A stretch of DNA of 64,000 nucleotides, taken from Alphaproteobacteria bacterium. GTDB lineage: Bacteria; Pseudomonadota; Alphaproteobacteria; UBA828. Under the pieces are notes generated by a model. It was not told where the DNA came from and ran no database searches. It saw nothing but the letters and a program-made list of their open reading frames with translations. Positions 63,688 through 64,000 of the stretch are shown here, in pieces (position 1 is the stretch's first letter; every line of letters begins with the position of its first letter). The stretch covers positions 872,560 to 936,559 of the forward strand of contig CBDEUT010000008.1 in the NCBI GenBank assembly GCA_965243375.1, in the 5' to 3' direction. The position numbers were made by a program, and so were the translations under genes.

Positions 63688-63869
63688 GCGACCCCTGCAA
63701 GCACCTGCGGGGAGGATATTCGCCGAAAGTTGAGGCCATGAGAGGACAGGAGATGACTCCAGGATGAGACCGTTCGTTCGGCCCTTGTTCCGTAGCTCGC
63801 GAGCGCATATCTGGCCTTTATGGACAGGCACCAACCCTCGAAATCCGTCCCTGCCCGAGCGCCCCGGCG

Positions 63870-64000
63870 ATGGTAGCGTCCATCGGCGTGATCGCCTCGC
63901 CGTCGCAGGGCGCGGCCTATTTCGAACGCGACGGATACTATTCGAAGGACGACCCGGCGCACCGGGAAGCGAGCGCCTGGGCGGGCAAGGGCGCGGCGGC
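63870..64000 (+). CDS. MobF/TrwC conjugative relaxase (5' part; runs off window)
   Basis: Manual translation MVASIGVIASPSQGAAYFERDGYYSKDDPAHREASAWAGKGAA: the Y..DGYY tyrosines and W.GKGA are typical of MOBF. Not in the ORF track. Confidence 0.85.
   Translation, partial: MVASIGVIASPSQGAAYFERDGYYSKDDPAHREASAWAGKGAA

Larger units (their letters stand above)
60875..64000. mobile_element. integrative mobilisable/conjugative element (left part)
   Basis: Sharp junction inside a host repeat, followed by integrase, small ORF, TA pair and MobF relaxase. Confidence 0.8.

Overview
GC-rich alphaproteobacterial (Rhodospirillales-like) chromosomal segment. Housekeeping blocks are petABC, rplM-rpsI-argC, phaC, hom-glpX-recJ-tRNA-Glu, and eno-ftsB-pdhABC-lpdA-lipA. 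They are interleaved with catabolic clusters: a LIV-type ABC transporter with a class III aminotransferase and hydantoinase/oxoprolinase A/B, a doubled UxaA-family dehydratase, a Rieske oxygenase, acyl-CoA dehydrogenases, an apionate-lactonase-like sugar-acid cluster, and a cupin dioxygenase with an FHMPC-dehydrogenase-like gene. Intergenic DNA holds three dispersed palindromic repeat families (some nested inside one another), an intact DDE transposase, an internally deleted IS1595 followed by a (TAAGTGGGA)n array, two VapBC modules and two gene remnants. The most striking signal is at the right end. A mobilisable element (large serine recombinase, small AANDN-motif ORF, VapBC, MobF relaxase) appears to have integrated inside a multi-copy GTCAT...ATGAC palindromic repeat, truncating it and taking the recombinase stop codon from the target. 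All family assignments come from motif recognition by eye; no searches were run.
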